From Phoronis australis (lineage: Eukaryota; Animalia; Phoronida), in the NCBI GenBank assembly GCA_002633005.1, contig NMRA01000486.1, positions 183,251 through 247,250 of the forward strand: a stretch of 64,000 bases of DNA. The letters run 5' to 3'. Positions 39,550 to 53,600 of this stretch are shown here, piece after piece (within the stretch, counting starts at the first letter, position 1; the number at the start of each line of letters is the position of its first letter). The position numbers were made by a program, and so were the translations under genes. The notes beneath the pieces are model-generated. The model was not told the origin of the DNA. It was given only the letters and a program-made list of their open reading frames with translations, and searched no databases.

Positions 39550-41386
39550 TCAACTCTTCTTTTGTTCTTTATCTACATTTGATACAGCCTGAGTATTATC
39601 ATCTTCGCTGTCGTCTAATCCAGACACCTCTTCCTCCTCCTTGGTCGGGTACAGTTCTGGGTATTTCACCATACACTCTTGCATCGTCTTAAACTGGTCA
39701 TAGCAGTCCGACCCCTTGGGATCAGCTGTACTATAATGAAAACAGGAGAAAGCCTCCCTGAACTGGACACCACAGGGTCCGCTAGCCATCCCTCCGAGGC
39801 AGGGACAACTCCAATTTATCTCTCCATTGGGCATTATTAGACCTGTAAGACAAACCTCTTTTTTAGTAAACAAAGCAACTGAAAGCAATAGTTTTTGCAC
39901 CATCATGTTTTAAGGTTGTCATGTACAAGATCCACAATTAAGCGTATGAAAGCATGCAAAGATCTGAAGTCTGGGAACTACTACTACTACTACACACAGT
40001 GGCACTGGTCAGCTGGGACTCGTCTAGCGGACATCCTGGCCGTCATTGGGATGACCCTTTTAAAAAAATGACAGCTTTGGATGGTGTGTAATGTTGGTTA
40101 CGTATTCAATGACTAACTTAGCATGAAAGTAAAAGCCTCGAAATACTTCAACATTTTGTGGAATTCCATGATTATTGGGCGATTCGAGTTTATCCTCTGT
40201 GTGTGGCACCGCGTGCCGCATATGGAAAAAGTAGGTCAGTCGGTCACGTGCACAGCACCTGTCACTTCGGCCGTGAACCAGGCTGGGATTTGGCTCTTGA
40301 AACTGCGAGAAAAGAATAGTTCTTTTTAAGAATAAATTTCCTGTAGCGTCAGTACTATGAAAGTTTGTGATTGTCTTTCGACCAGGTAAGTTTCAATTCA
40401 ACAAAGCGTCCACTTAATGCACAGCACGTTAACAACTACGATGTCCTCGGCGACCACTAGCGACGCTCGTAGCCAAATGACTTGAAATTTGCGAGTAAAG
40501 CACTCGCAAAACGTAAAAATACGAGCGCCAAATTCAAACAGAGTTTCGACGTTTTTTTGGTCACGATTTTTTACGAAGCCAAGTCCGGGTATACAAGCGC
40601 GAGCGCACATATGCTGTGTCACTATTTTCCAGCGGAGATTTTCGCCCGTGTTGAGCACTTGTGGTCCTGAGTTGTGAATTTGTTGAGGATATGGCCTTGT
40701 TCAGTGTAGACTGTGCGATGTAATGAAACGTAGACATGTACTCTAGGATATATTTCTTCATGTCCTTTCGAATGCAACTTCATTGTCTTCTCCCTGTACC
40801 TGCCTCCCACCCCCACCCCCCCAGTGGTGCGTGCCTCAGATTCGCGCTTTGTACGACTCGTCAGTCTCACGAATTTGGACCCCCAATTTTCAAATCCTAG
40901 ATCAGTCCCTGCTGATCGGATATAGCGGTCCCTGATTTTAAGAACCAGTTTCATCCACTGAATAATGGACCTGTTATTCAGTGATTGCCTGGTTCTCAAA
41001 GTCCTGGATCGCTATATCTGATCAGTGTCATGGCATTATGATTGACTGTTATACCTGGTTCATCATCGTCGTCGTCGTCATTCAACATAGCTGTACTTGG
41101 AGATTCATGATCTTCCTTAGTGACAAATATTATCTTGTCTTTCCCTACAACAAGATAATGGTTCGTTCCAAGTAAGAGTGCAGTTGCTTATGACGTTGAC
41201 TTCGTATCAGATTTTATGTGACCAGTGACTTTTAGTTTTTACGGCTTTGCATCGACAAGAATTAGTTAGACCAGGGCAGAAGTCAACAAAAAAAAAACAC
41301 GTATCGCAAAGTTAAAAAAACAACGTGCAATATTTAGCAAAGTTTAGGCAAGCTATAGACCTACCTTCCTCTCGACAATAGGACAT
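39550..41386 (-). CDS. CHCHD4: Mitochondrial intermembrane space import and assembly protein 40 (MIA40), 3 exons, 134 aa
   Basis: Exons 41386-41365, 41144-41055, 39842-39550(TGA). [24 protein letters not shown]...[38 protein letters not shown]...[21 protein letters not shown]: CPC redox motif plus twin CX9C. Confidence 0.97.
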
Positions 41387-41643
41387 TTTGACACGACCAA
41401 AACCTCGGACAAGTTTCGCACGGCTTTGCAATGTCGCGAATTCGCGTGTTTTTATCAACAAGTACGCATGCGCAACCGGAGATGGAAGTCTCTTTTCATT
41501 AAACTATTTTTGAGTCTTTTGTAACACCTTGAAACTATCCTGAATGAAAGACTGAACAGCGAAAAGGAATTAATAAAAATGCAATATGATGATTTCACCA
41601 AAACTATTGTGACGAAAGGATTCGAGATGTCAACGTAAACAAG
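41387..41643. promoter_or_regulatory. Bidirectional promoter between CHCHD4 and SLC35A2
   Basis: Divergent ATGs 257 bp apart; locally CpG-rich; NRF1-like TACGCATGCGCA (41463-41474), ETS-like GGAAGT, TCGCGA, and YY1-type AAGATGGCGGC overlapping the SLC35A2 ATG. Confidence 0.75.
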
Positions 41644-44600
41644 ATGGCGGCCCCGGGAAAGGAAAGTTCGTCGGCTTCAGGTAAATATCAAAAATAGTGA
41701 CTTCGTCAATGTATTTCCGATAAATGAATCTATCTTGTTCTTCCCATATTAAAATTTTAAGGTTATATGTACTTTTATGTGTTGGTTTCTTTCTTGCGAT
41801 TGTAGGGAATAATGAATTGAGTGCTTGTTAGACATGCACTGGTCCTGTCGTCACCCGTCAGTCGACTGGTAAACGTCGTCAACGAAGTGACGAATCGACA
41901 CGACTAGATAGTACCACCGTCTCAACTGGCCCCAGTAGAGATGGTGGTCATTATATACGAGGGTTGTTTACGAGCCGACTCTATTCACGCACATACTTGA
42001 CTTAGTATTACTATTTTCTAAATCCTGTAGTGAGACGTTATTTGACCTGTCTCACTGCTGCGCTGGCCTTCTCACTGCCACGCGCACCCTCTGTCGGCAT
42101 CGAGAGATGACTGTTGTTCATCTTGGAGATTGTTGACGTCAGCTGTCCAGCCCATATGCCAGTAATGGCCATTGAGGGTGCAACATGAATATTAATTAAG
42201 CGGCCCTGCGGCCGATACACGTGCTGGGATGCAGAGCGTCATTCAGCCGCACTCTAAAACAGACCTATTGACTCAGAGCTTGACCACGGAACTAAGATGT
42301 ATGGTAAGACACCTTGGGAATTTACTGCAATCCTCTTGTCATGGTGATTCCAAAAATGAATTACTCGTACCGATTAGGCTCTTCTTATTCATGCATTCAC
42401 TGTTTTTACGAGGTGTTCATTTGCGGTAGCCGATTTCAATTGATGGCCATTTAATAACTCCCTCACTTCTTGGCAGGAATGATAACTACAATGATCACGT
42501 GTGTGTCAAAAGACCCCAAAATTGGCTTGTATGTTGAAGATACCGCGTGGCACATTAGGGAAACTCTGAGTAAAAAACAGTAATAGTCATTTATAAAGGA
42601 TTGCCTCTTCAAAGCTTCTTTTTCAGAAAAAAACACAAGAGTGCATGTTCTCATGGACAAATGTCGTCCTCGAAGACACTTGACATCTCGCCGGACATGA
42701 TTTCGGCTTGTGTTGTCACGGTGGCGGACATGAGAGAAAAAACTGTTTCAAACAAGTGGAATTAGCAGGGCTTGGAATTTTCCGCGGAAACGCGGATTTC
42801 CGCTTTTTTGAAATGTGCTTTCCGCTTTTTTTATAATATTTCCGCGTAAAAAAATCGGATTTGATATGAAATTTCCGCGGCAAATTCCTTTCTTACCGCG
42901 GCGTTGCAGACGACGTTCACCTCGGAAAGCGGAAGTCTTTATGTTTCGGAGGAACGTAAATTGTCAACATTGCCGGGGCATCTGGGTAAAGCGTGGTCTG
43001 ATTTTCAATGGCGGCTCGTGTTATTGTTAAGCGCGGCGACAAATACTACCGCTCTGCAGCCAAATTTGTGTGGGTTGGGAGTGGACGGGCGAGCGAAAAG
43101 GACGCAGACGCATGCTACTGATGGTGGTAACGTTTTTTTTTTTTTTTAGTCCTCCCGATTTTTGTCGCGCAAAGGTTCACATTAACCATTTCAAAGGCTG
43201 GTTCTCGGGCATGATTTGAGCCGTAAAAGTTTCCGCGTTTTTTGTCATTGGTCATTCCAAGCCCTGATTAATATTGGGAGCGAAAAAGGACAAAAGGCTG
43301 TTGTTGGACCTCATGGACAAGTTTGTAGTAAGCCAAATATCTACAAAACTGTAGGTTTTAACTCTGTATATGTACATATTTTCTGAAAGTAGCCTATATT
43401 TTCATTTTTTACTAATCTGCCATTAATTGGGTCAGGGCTGTTCCAGCAAAATCTGTGTGGGAGGGGGGGGAAGGCAACTGAAATAAAAATTTATGGGTGG
43501 TTGCGTTTGATTTAAATTCAAAATGGGTGGTGGTCGTACTTCAAAAAAATAAAAATTTACAGGTCGTTGTTGTTTCATTGGGCCATAAATGTTTGATGGT
43601 GGGTAATTTTAGTAAATTTTATAAACAATCCGCACAGAATCAAAAACTGAAACAAAAATGCAACTTGCAAAAAACTCCGACTTTTTCACTCCCTCCGATC
43701 TCCTCATCGGCATGCCCATAACACCATTTAACCACAGGTGCTCGAATTTCTGGATGGCTTATAACCATATATAAGAAACATATGTTTTCTTAGTAATGAA
43801 TGACATTAGTGGTGATGGAGGAACAGATAAACTCATGTGCCTGTGCAGTCAACCACTAGAACAAAAAAAAATTACGGGTGGTTGCATTTCAAACTTATAA
43901 AAAATTACGGGTGGTAGGCTGAAGAAATAAATGATAAATATGGGTGGTGGGTGCGAAAAAAAGGTGCCTTCCCCCCCNNNNNNNNNNNNNNNNNNNNNNN
44001 NNNNNNNNNNNATCGCTTAAGAATTAGTAGAAACACCGTTGTTTTGTGAAGTTTTATCACGTGTTAAGCAGTGGCCCGAAACTTTCTTCGGCGAATCCGG
44101 GAATTTACAAAAGTGGCCGAAAGTGTTAGCCAATCATACGCGTCGAATATCGATACTGCATATCCCATGTTCACGCGACTGGCTTACAAGTCATCGGGAG
44201 GGCTGTCCCCGTTAGTGCTGTTTTGAACTTGGATTTGGCAGCGACCAAATAACGGTCGGATTAACAAGAGCTGCTTTGTATTTGCCAGGTATCTGTTGAG
44301 AAGTGTAAAAACTCAGCTCGCATTCGTTGGAAATTCCAGGTCGCATTTTGCGACTTGATACGAGCTGACAAAAATCTCAGCTCGCATTTCCAAATTTCAG
44401 GTCGCAAATGCGACCTGCAGCTCGTTATGTCGAGCCCTGCATCTGGGTAAAGCGCGGTGTTATTTTCAATGGCGGCTCGTGTTATTGTTAAGCGTGACGA
44501 CAAATACTACCGCTCTGCAGCCAAATTTGTGTGGGTTGGGAGTGGACGGGCGAGCGAAAAGGACGCAGACTCATGCTACTGATGGTGGTAAGGTTTTTTT

Positions 44601-47600
44601 TTCTTTTTTTTTTTTAGTCCTGCCGATTTTTGTCGCGGACCATTTCAAAGGCTGGTTATCGGGCATGGTTTGGGCCATAAAAGTTTCCGCTTTCTTTGTC
44701 ATTGGTCATTCCAAGCCCTGAATTAGGTATCACTGGCAGGCTAAAGTACGCGAACACTGAAACAAATTCTGCATCAAATTAACCGTTAGTTATCAATCCT
44801 GCCGAAAGATGTTGCACTTCTAAAAATGGTTGCCTCGTTGCAATCGAATGCCTTGGAAAAACTCGGAAATTATGAATAAGAACCAAGTAATACATTTTTG
44901 GAATCGGCATGACTAGAGGATTCAGAAAATAGTAGTATCAAGTATGTACGTTAATAGAGTCGGATTGTAAACAATAACCACAACTTGGAACCTTTTTGGT
45001 GAATTAACGCCTCACACTGATTAAACCATCAAAGTCATGTTGCAATTTAAGAACCTTGTTTTGCGCTGTTGAAAATTTTGCATAACCTGGGACTTGAACC
45101 ATGTTTGCAGGCGTGAGAGCCGAGCGTCTAAACTGTTCAATGAGCTATCAATTATGCCAATCTTGTGTAAAATTTTCATTCATCCTATAATTCTGTGAAC
45201 CTACCTTATTTGAATCTTTTTTATGTTTGCATGTGAAACATGATTAATGAGTGATCAGTTGATAGTGATACTGTCCCTGACTGAGTGGGTGATTGTTCTT
45301 TCGTTGGTCCCTAGCTCTACTGCATGTATGAAGCCTGAGCCTATTTCAGAACTAGCCACATGTACGTACTGTATGTGTGAAGCCTGAGTCTATATCAGAA
45401 CTAGGCACATGTACCTACTGCATATGAAGCCGTTCTTCTCTGGGATAGTAGTTGAGCCTATATAATAACTAGGCATATGTACCTACTGCTTGTGAAGCCG
45501 TTATTCTCTGGGATAGTAGTTGAGCCTATATAATAACTAGGCACATGTACTTACTGCATGTGAAGCCGTTATTCCCTGGGATAGTAGACTCATGCGTCCA
45601 AGTTATATATGCACTTGAGTAAGGCCAAAGTAGACATGGAAGGGAAGCTTGGCTTAGTTAACAAAGTGATAGATGGCCACATGTTTCAGCTTAATGAAAG
45701 GTACAAAAAATGTAGGATAGGTATACCAAAAGCAGACAGATTGAGATTTGTAGATCTCTAAGTAAAGGATAAGTTTCTGTTGCCATAGGTGAAGGTTAGG
45801 GGTATGCACCTGTGGGTGAAACAACGGAACAATAATTTTTTTGAAAAATTGTAATTGCAGTTGTAAACACATGGCACTAATACACACTTATGCAACATAG
45901 GCAATGCCTGAGCCGCCAAACAGGATAATTTTTGTGTCTTAAATATCTAGGTTCGGGTTGCAACGGATCTGGTAAAGATACAGGTGTAGTGTTAGTAACA
46001 TGTTGATCAGTGCTCCCTCTTTCAGCAGAATCCGTGACTATTGGCATTTCGTTGCCTGTTGCACCACCAGGTTAGTCTATGCTTTGGTGACACGTGACAT
46101 GTTCTGGTCACACCCTACATTCTTGTGGTAGTTCTTCACCTGTTAAACACGCAATATGGCCGAAACACATAGACGTTCGGGTTGTCGCATTTCTCAACAA
46201 AATGTTCTTCAAGGCAATTCCATTTAATTGATGATACAGTCTACATTGTGTGACTGTCGTAAAACCTTGAAAAATTATCATCTGGGATGAGCCTTTGAAA
46301 ATTCAAAAAACACATTCTGGCAATAATTTTTTGTGCGGTATAGATGAAGGACTAGCACCTGCTGCTTGTTGTGTATTGTGTTGGCTTCTATCACGATCTC
46401 CATGACGACAGATATTAATAAATGACTGGAGTTTATTGGTAACTTGAAAGTTTTAGGGCCTTTGGCATTATGGAGTTGGTACGGTGGACTAACATTTTTT
46501 TCGACCACAAGAATTTTAACGCCAGTGCGAAACAAGATTTAGTAAGTTTAAGTTAGTATGCTCCAAAAGACCGGACTAGCGAGCATTCCAAAGTTGGTCT
46601 AATTACGTAAGCATAATGCGAAACATTGGTCCGGACTATTGTGCTTGACCGTCCTAACTTAATTATCTCCCCCGCTTCATGCGGTTGTGGAGTACTTCCC
46701 ACCAGTGTATTAGCCAGGATACCGATATTGCTCGTTGAAAAGTAGGAAGTTTGTTTCATGATTTGCAAGGCAGGGAGGTTGGTAGGGGAACCCCCTGGCC
46801 TCCCGCCTGGGAAGCTTCTGATTTTTGTCCTTGAAAGGTAGCATTTTCCTTGATTTCTGCAGCATAAATTTGCTAATTTTGCTCATTAGTATGTTTTGTT
46901 GAACGTAACACCCTAACGTTGCGCCTTAACTGTGTTTCCGACGTTTTCCCTATTCATGCTGTGCGCAAATGGATTGAGGGATAGCAGTCTTCACAAATAC
47001 TCTGTTCACATTGGATTCGCCAGCGTAAAAAAGGCCATTCTTGTACATTCCTAAAAGGTTGCTCTTGTGCAGGGCTCGATGGTTGCCCGATGGCCCTACA
47101 CTGAGTAGATAATTTTCGGCACCCGGTCAACTGAAAGTTGAAGTGTCTTGCCTGGCCGTCAAGTTGAATTGAAAGTTCTGTTTGGAAATGCTTTGAATGT
47201 ATAATTTTTTTTGTTTATTAAGCTGTAATGGTTCAGTTAGGGAGTACATGTTATTAACGACAAAAGCCGGAGATTTGTGACATGATATTTATGGACAGTG
47301 TTCAGTAGCTATCTTGCGGCGAGAAATTCATCCAAAATCAAGTGGTCCGTCAAAAACACGCGGCGTCATAGTCTTGCTAAATATCGCTTTTTTGGTGAGA
47401 CACTAGGGTTACTGCACGCTCCCCAGAATTATTGTCTGCGTCTCAGCAGACTTTGTTGGACAACCTGGGAATGAGCAAGTCTGCCGGCATCATTAAACAA
47501 AGCATGCCAGCAAAGGCATTACTCATCAATGCAACAACTTGAAATTTTGCGTACAACCCATGGCAATTACCTGCTAAAAGCCAGTTAGTGTGCATGTGAG

Positions 47601-50600
47601 ACGCAAAACCACTGACAATTAAGTTTCTGGTAAAGAGTCGGAACTTAGTGTTGATATGTGAAGATAAGAGCCAAGGCGTAATGTTGGGATGTAAGTAGCC
47701 TGCAGTCGCACCCGCAGTTCCACATTTTGCCTGCCAGATTTGACATCTGCCCACCCACTCGGTGGGCACATGGATGGCTGGCTAATACTCTGCTTTTTTT
47801 ACTGCTATTTAGCACACTCTCGACGTTGTTGCTGTTTATGTCTACTCACTGTTCACTATATAATTTTTAAGTTAAACATGTTTCAAAATAATAATAGAAA
47901 TGGCAATTGGTTGTCGGATCCTTTTTGGGGTACAGCATAGCGACATTTTTTGTTTAGTACGATGAAGGTTTAAAGTAAGGACGGTGGAATGTTAGTCCGG
48001 TCTTGTGAAAAAAGGGACACTTTGTAGGGTAGGTTATCACGCTGATCAAAATTATGTTCCAACAGGAACTAACTCTAATGCGAAAGCAGCTGCTTTAGAT
48101 TTGCTTAGAAGCGAATTAATGTAAGTTGATGAATCAGAATAGCAATTTAAAATTTCAGACGAAATGAGTGATTAATTGCATCCGTGAGGCATTAATGCAG
48201 ATGTTATATGTAAGAAAACAATCTATTTGTTTTCTATATTTGTGATATTACTTATTAACATTTTTAAATGTTAGTTATTTCTTCTCTCATTTAAAAGTGG
48301 GAGAATAGAAAATTATGTTGTGCTGAAATTTAGCCATGTGATCATTTGGAATATTGCGAAAACATGCTGTGACGTAAGAGTAAATAATTCATACCAGTGT
48401 TCCCAACAACCTGTTCTGACTCGTCACTGTGTCAAGTTTGAATTTTGACAAATTTGGCTTAGTTGTGTCGGGTTGAATTAAAGTTTTGTGAGATGGGGAC
48501 ATTTTGGCCTTTTGGTACCAGCTCTATGCACCCAAGATTTAACGCACAAACTCTGCACAGTGTGGACATGGGTTTTCAAACACTTAAATGAATTTTGTAA
48601 TTCCAGTCAAGAATTTTCTGTTGTGGAAAACACTGTGTACAAGCTATGAATTGTTAAAATTTATCTTGAGATAAGATATCAGTTCCTATTATCATAGCAT
48701 TTTAAAGTTATGTCCATTAATTTGATCATGGTGGTGATAGTGTGACTATGTCTTTGCTAGAGATTCTTAGGCAACCAGGATTGTGTTCTGTAAACTCTAG
48801 CCACTAGCAAGGCAAGCTAGTGGCTAGTGTGATCATGTGCTTCGCTTGTAATGCATATCTCGTGTTGTTGCATTTTCATTTTCTGCGGACTGCAGGCCAG
48901 GTGTTTTAGGGTGAACTTTGCTTCGATGAATTTGCTCTAGACTACAGCTGGTTCACCAAGGTAGAGATCAGTAGCTATCTTGCCTCTAGAAAAAGCTAGC
49001 CAAAATCACATGTTCTTATTTAAAGTAAACTGCATTATCTCTCTTAATCTCACGAAGTCTTGCTTTTTTGCGAGGTCCTTGTGTTATTGAACTCTACCCC
49101 GGTCTTGTATTGGGGGTCAATATTGGTGTTTTGTGGCTTTAGAGTGTTGCCTAGGTGACGGTTACAACTGTAGACTCAAAATATATGTTGCTTAAATTTC
49201 CTGTGTGAGGCCTTGGGCTTGCATCTGTCTAGTGGCTTAAAGCCTGTACTTTGTCAGTATATGTGCAAGAGTCACAAGCACCAACAGCTCTCAGTATCAG
49301 GATAAGTGGTTCCTTTTGTGTGGAGCAGAGCAATTGCAGCATTAGCAATGAACATAGTACTTATAACTCTTTGAAGAATTGCAGATGTCTCTTCAATATT
49401 CACTTAGCTGGTTGTGGAAATGTTTAAAAATTAATAGAAATACTGGTAAAATGTACTGTTATTTACTTGGAGAAGTATTTTCACTATATGTGTTGCTATG
49501 TTGTGAATTTTCTGTCACCTGAGTCGAAAATGCCTAATACCACGGATATGGAAGACATTTGGGTAATGATATAAATTTTGAGAACCAGTTTTCTCCACTG
49601 AATAACTGGCATCAAACTGGTTCTCAAAATACGGGCAGGGCACATTACATCAGACTATTGCCGACACTTGTGTTCAAACGTGCTCCGTCGATGGTGAGAG
49701 ACGTGGTGTAGTGTAACAAAACAGTAGTTAAGTAAAGTTGACGAGTTTTGTTGAGAGATGCCCACATTTAATGTGTGTGGTTTTGTGAATTTAACATTTC
49801 AAATGGCAGGTTGTTAAAGGCATAGACTGGAAATTTTCCCTGCTTTATAAATGTTAGTTCATACACCTTGTACTTGGGTCAGAATTATGCATCACTCTAC
49901 ACTGAAATCTTCACCTGCTGACAACAGGCAGACCAAGTTGAAGACATCCTACACGAGTTGCTGATGAATGTGTTGTTTGAGTACAAGGTTAACTCAAAAT
50001 TGGAAATAATTGGATTATGGACACTGTTACTGAAGCTGACTGCTGTCACTAATTGAAGTTGTCTGTTCCTGCTAACAGGTTGCTGGCACTCTGTGACATT
50101 GGTTTGAGGAGGCACTGTCTTTCATGTGACTTCTCAAATGTTATGAAGATATGCAAATCTGCTACCAGTAGGTTTTATATAAACGTTAGAACATTTGCTA
50201 GCACTATGTGACATAAAATGTTCTGAGGAGGTCCGTCTGCCATGTGACTTCTCAAGTCACAATTTAAGGATGTTTGACCTTGCTCCATAACCTTTCTGAA
50301 GAAGCACATAATGCACCTTTCAAAATTCGATGTACATGTACTGTAAACTTGCGGGTCAACGCCCATGCTGGTGTAAACGCCCATCCTCTACTGTTGGTCA
50401 ATTTTCGGTTTTAAGCGCACGCTGCTTGAGTAATCGCCCATCCCCTACTTCGTGCAAATTTCCCCTTAGCGCCCACCTCTTGGGTAATCGCCCACCCCCT
50501 GCCAAAGGTTTTCCCAATTTAAGCGCCCAGGGCGTTAACCCGCGAATTTACGGTGGTTGCCCTATCTGCATGTATCCAGTCTTGCTCGAAATATGTTAAA

Positions 50601-53600
50601 TCGTGTCGTGTGATCCAGTGTGCATCTATCTGAGATACATGAACGGTTGTTGGTTGTTGGCAATGCTGGATTCTATTCTAGCCAGTTGTCTTTTCTGAGG
50701 ATGTATAACTTTATTGTTGACCGTGCGACGTCTCTACTTTACAGTCATGCACATGATGAAATATATCAGTCTCTTTACACTGATGGTGCAGAATGCTGGC
50801 AATATTCTGGTGATGCGCTACGCACGCACACGAGAGGGCGATATGTTCCTCTCGACGTCCGCTGTTGTCATGTCAGAGATCATGAAGTTTACGTCATGTC
50901 TACTTATCATATTAATCCAGGAAGGTGGAGTCTCAAGCTTTCTACATCATCTGAAGGTAATTGATATATGACGATGACATTTTGCAACCAAGTATTTTAA
51001 TGTCTGTGTGTCTGGGAAGTGGTTGGTTACTAGATTGTCTCATTTAAATGCAAAGGACGTTATAGTAAAACTTAAGCATGTCAGACAAGTCAGATTTTCG
51101 TATAATTCAGACAAAACTGCGTTATGATTCCATTTTGTGCAATCAGCCCTTCAGAGAAATTGTATAATTACTCCTTACTCTGATAAAACTCTTGGTCTGT
51201 TTGCAGTCACTTTACGAATCTTTTACTGTTCATGATAAATATTTCATGTTTCACGTTATTTTACATCACGCTATTGAGTCAGGTGAATGAAAATCCAAAA
51301 GCCTGCACTTTACTAAGAGAAGTATGTAGATAGACTCGTGTTATGCTGCATACACACATATCTAGCACTGTAATTGAGATTACCGGTGTATTCTGATGAT
51401 TGGCCATCGCAAAACTATGACTAGCTGAAACTTAATCTGTTCTTTTTCACATTGTAACCAAATACAGTAATTCTCCTTTTTATACAACAGCAATTGCTAA
51501 AATTGTTATTTTTTCCATTTTTCAAAGGGTGTTTATTTTGCTACAAATAATGTAAACTTTACCAAAGGGGGTTTATGGCATCTACACGTTACAAGCCATG
51601 CTAGTGATACACTATAAGTTAATTTTTGTTGAAAATTTTGACAAAAGAGAATTTCAGTTGTTGGCCATATTTTGTGCTAAATAAGCAAAGAATGCCCAGT
51701 CCAGATAAACTGATCATAGTTTATAATGAATCTTGAAGGATGAGGTGTGCGAAATTCACCAGTGGCTGCGTCTTGTATTCTGTTATGGTAAAAATTATCC
51801 AATTTGGCACAGTCTGTAGAATTTGAAACATGGAAACTCCTGCAAGTTGAGTTTTCTTTATTCTGGAATTGGAGACTAGGGCAGTTTTAGCATTTGTCCT
51901 GTTGTGCCAAAATGTTGTAAGCTAACTCAAGGTTTCTATGGGCGATATGTTGGGAGATTATTTTTCAGTATTCATAAACCTGTAACTCCAGCTGAACCCA
52001 AGTTTAGACTGTATTAATCTGGAGTTGCCACGCGATGAAACATGATACTCGACTCAAGTGACTCTTTCGCGGGTCACCCTGGTGACCGGAAGTTCTCACT
52101 TCCTGTATTCAACTCTTCTCTTAGACAGCTCACTATACATAGAACTTTTTTACTATTACTGAACCGATTTGTTATTATGATTGAGAATAATGACTAGCAT
52201 GGCATTGGTGGAACAAGTGCCTTACTGTTGCACAGCATTGTGGGTAACTATTACTGAATCAAAATGGGCTCAGCAGTATTACAAGAGATGGATATTGAGC
52301 AGTCAACGATTGACATACATACTGATGGAGTCTGTACAAAGGAATATGGAATCGAGTCAAAAGTTGTAAGATTATGGTGTTCCTGGCAAATAAGTCTGGA
52401 CACAGGCTTATTTGTGGAAATATTTTTGACCTTGAACTATTTTGTGCTCAGCCAGGCTTCCAGTATGTACAACAGCGAGTATAGTGCAACCAGTGCTTTG
52501 TAGTCGTTCTTACCTTGCACCAGTTCATTCAAAATAAAGACATTTCACAAGCGACACAACCAGGGCCTGTTTCACTGAAATGTTGAAACTTCCTTTTTGA
52601 TACGGTGTCACACTGGAGACTTGCAAGCAGTTGTAAGTCATGGTTTAGCCTCTGTTTAGACTCTGCGTGAAAAAATGCTGTAAAATTGTGACATTTTAGT
52701 GAAACATTCCCCATTTTCTTTGCCACGTCTTATTACAGATGTTTCTGGCACAAAATTGCTTCAGTGTTCAAAATGCTTGAAATCATGTTGTCATTGTCTC
52801 TTTGAGATTTGACGTTTAAACTGGCTTCAGGTGAATATCATCGACCAACCATTGGACTGTGTGAAGGTATCAGTGCCGTCCATTATCTATGTGCTGCAGA
52901 ACAACTTGTTGTATGTAGCTGTATCTAACCTTGACACAGCAACTTATCAGGTAAGACTTGGAGTGCCGTTTTAATTACTTTGAAAATTCTTCAATTTGGG
53001 ATATAAATAATTGTCAATTTTCTATTTTTAGAGGCTTACCACATAGTTGAAAATGCTCAAAATTTACCAAAAACGTTTGGTAATAGCTACGCCACGCACG
53101 CCATGCTTAGGTGAATTGAAAAGTTGTTTTTGTTGAGAATTTTGACAAACTGATACTTCTTTTGTATGTCATATTTTGTTCCAAACGGAATTGTCACTCA
53201 AAGTGATGTATATCAGTGCATCTAGTTTTGTGCTGTCCAAATATTGACCGCACTATAGTTGAACACCTGTTAACACGAGTGCAGTATTTTGTTTACATAT
53301 TAATTCATGTTGGTAATCAAACAGCTGCTTAAAGGCAGATGGTGAGGGATTTAGGGCTGTTCTTTCTTTCTCATTGTTAATTTTATTGTAATTTTTTTCT
53401 TCATTTACTGCATAGAAAACGTAATTCGATGGTGGAGGATTTAGGAGTGTTCCCTCTTTCTTATTGTAAATTTCATAGTAACTCTTCACTTATTTCATGG
53501 AAAACATAATTCCCAAGATTGTTATTTTTCTATTTTTTTCCTAAGGCTGTATTACCTTTCTGCACAAATCATTTTTTTCTTCAAAATTAATGTTCTTTTA

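Larger units (their letters stand above)
42766..44720 (+). mobile_element. Family A composite (left end 42766; right ends 43266 and 44720) containing further MITEs and an assembly gap
   Basis: CAGGGCTTGGAATTTTCCGCGG...GGTCATTCCAAGCCCTG; AATTAG flanks 42766 and 44720; 42979-43266 is repeated at 44440-44720. Confidence 0.75.
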
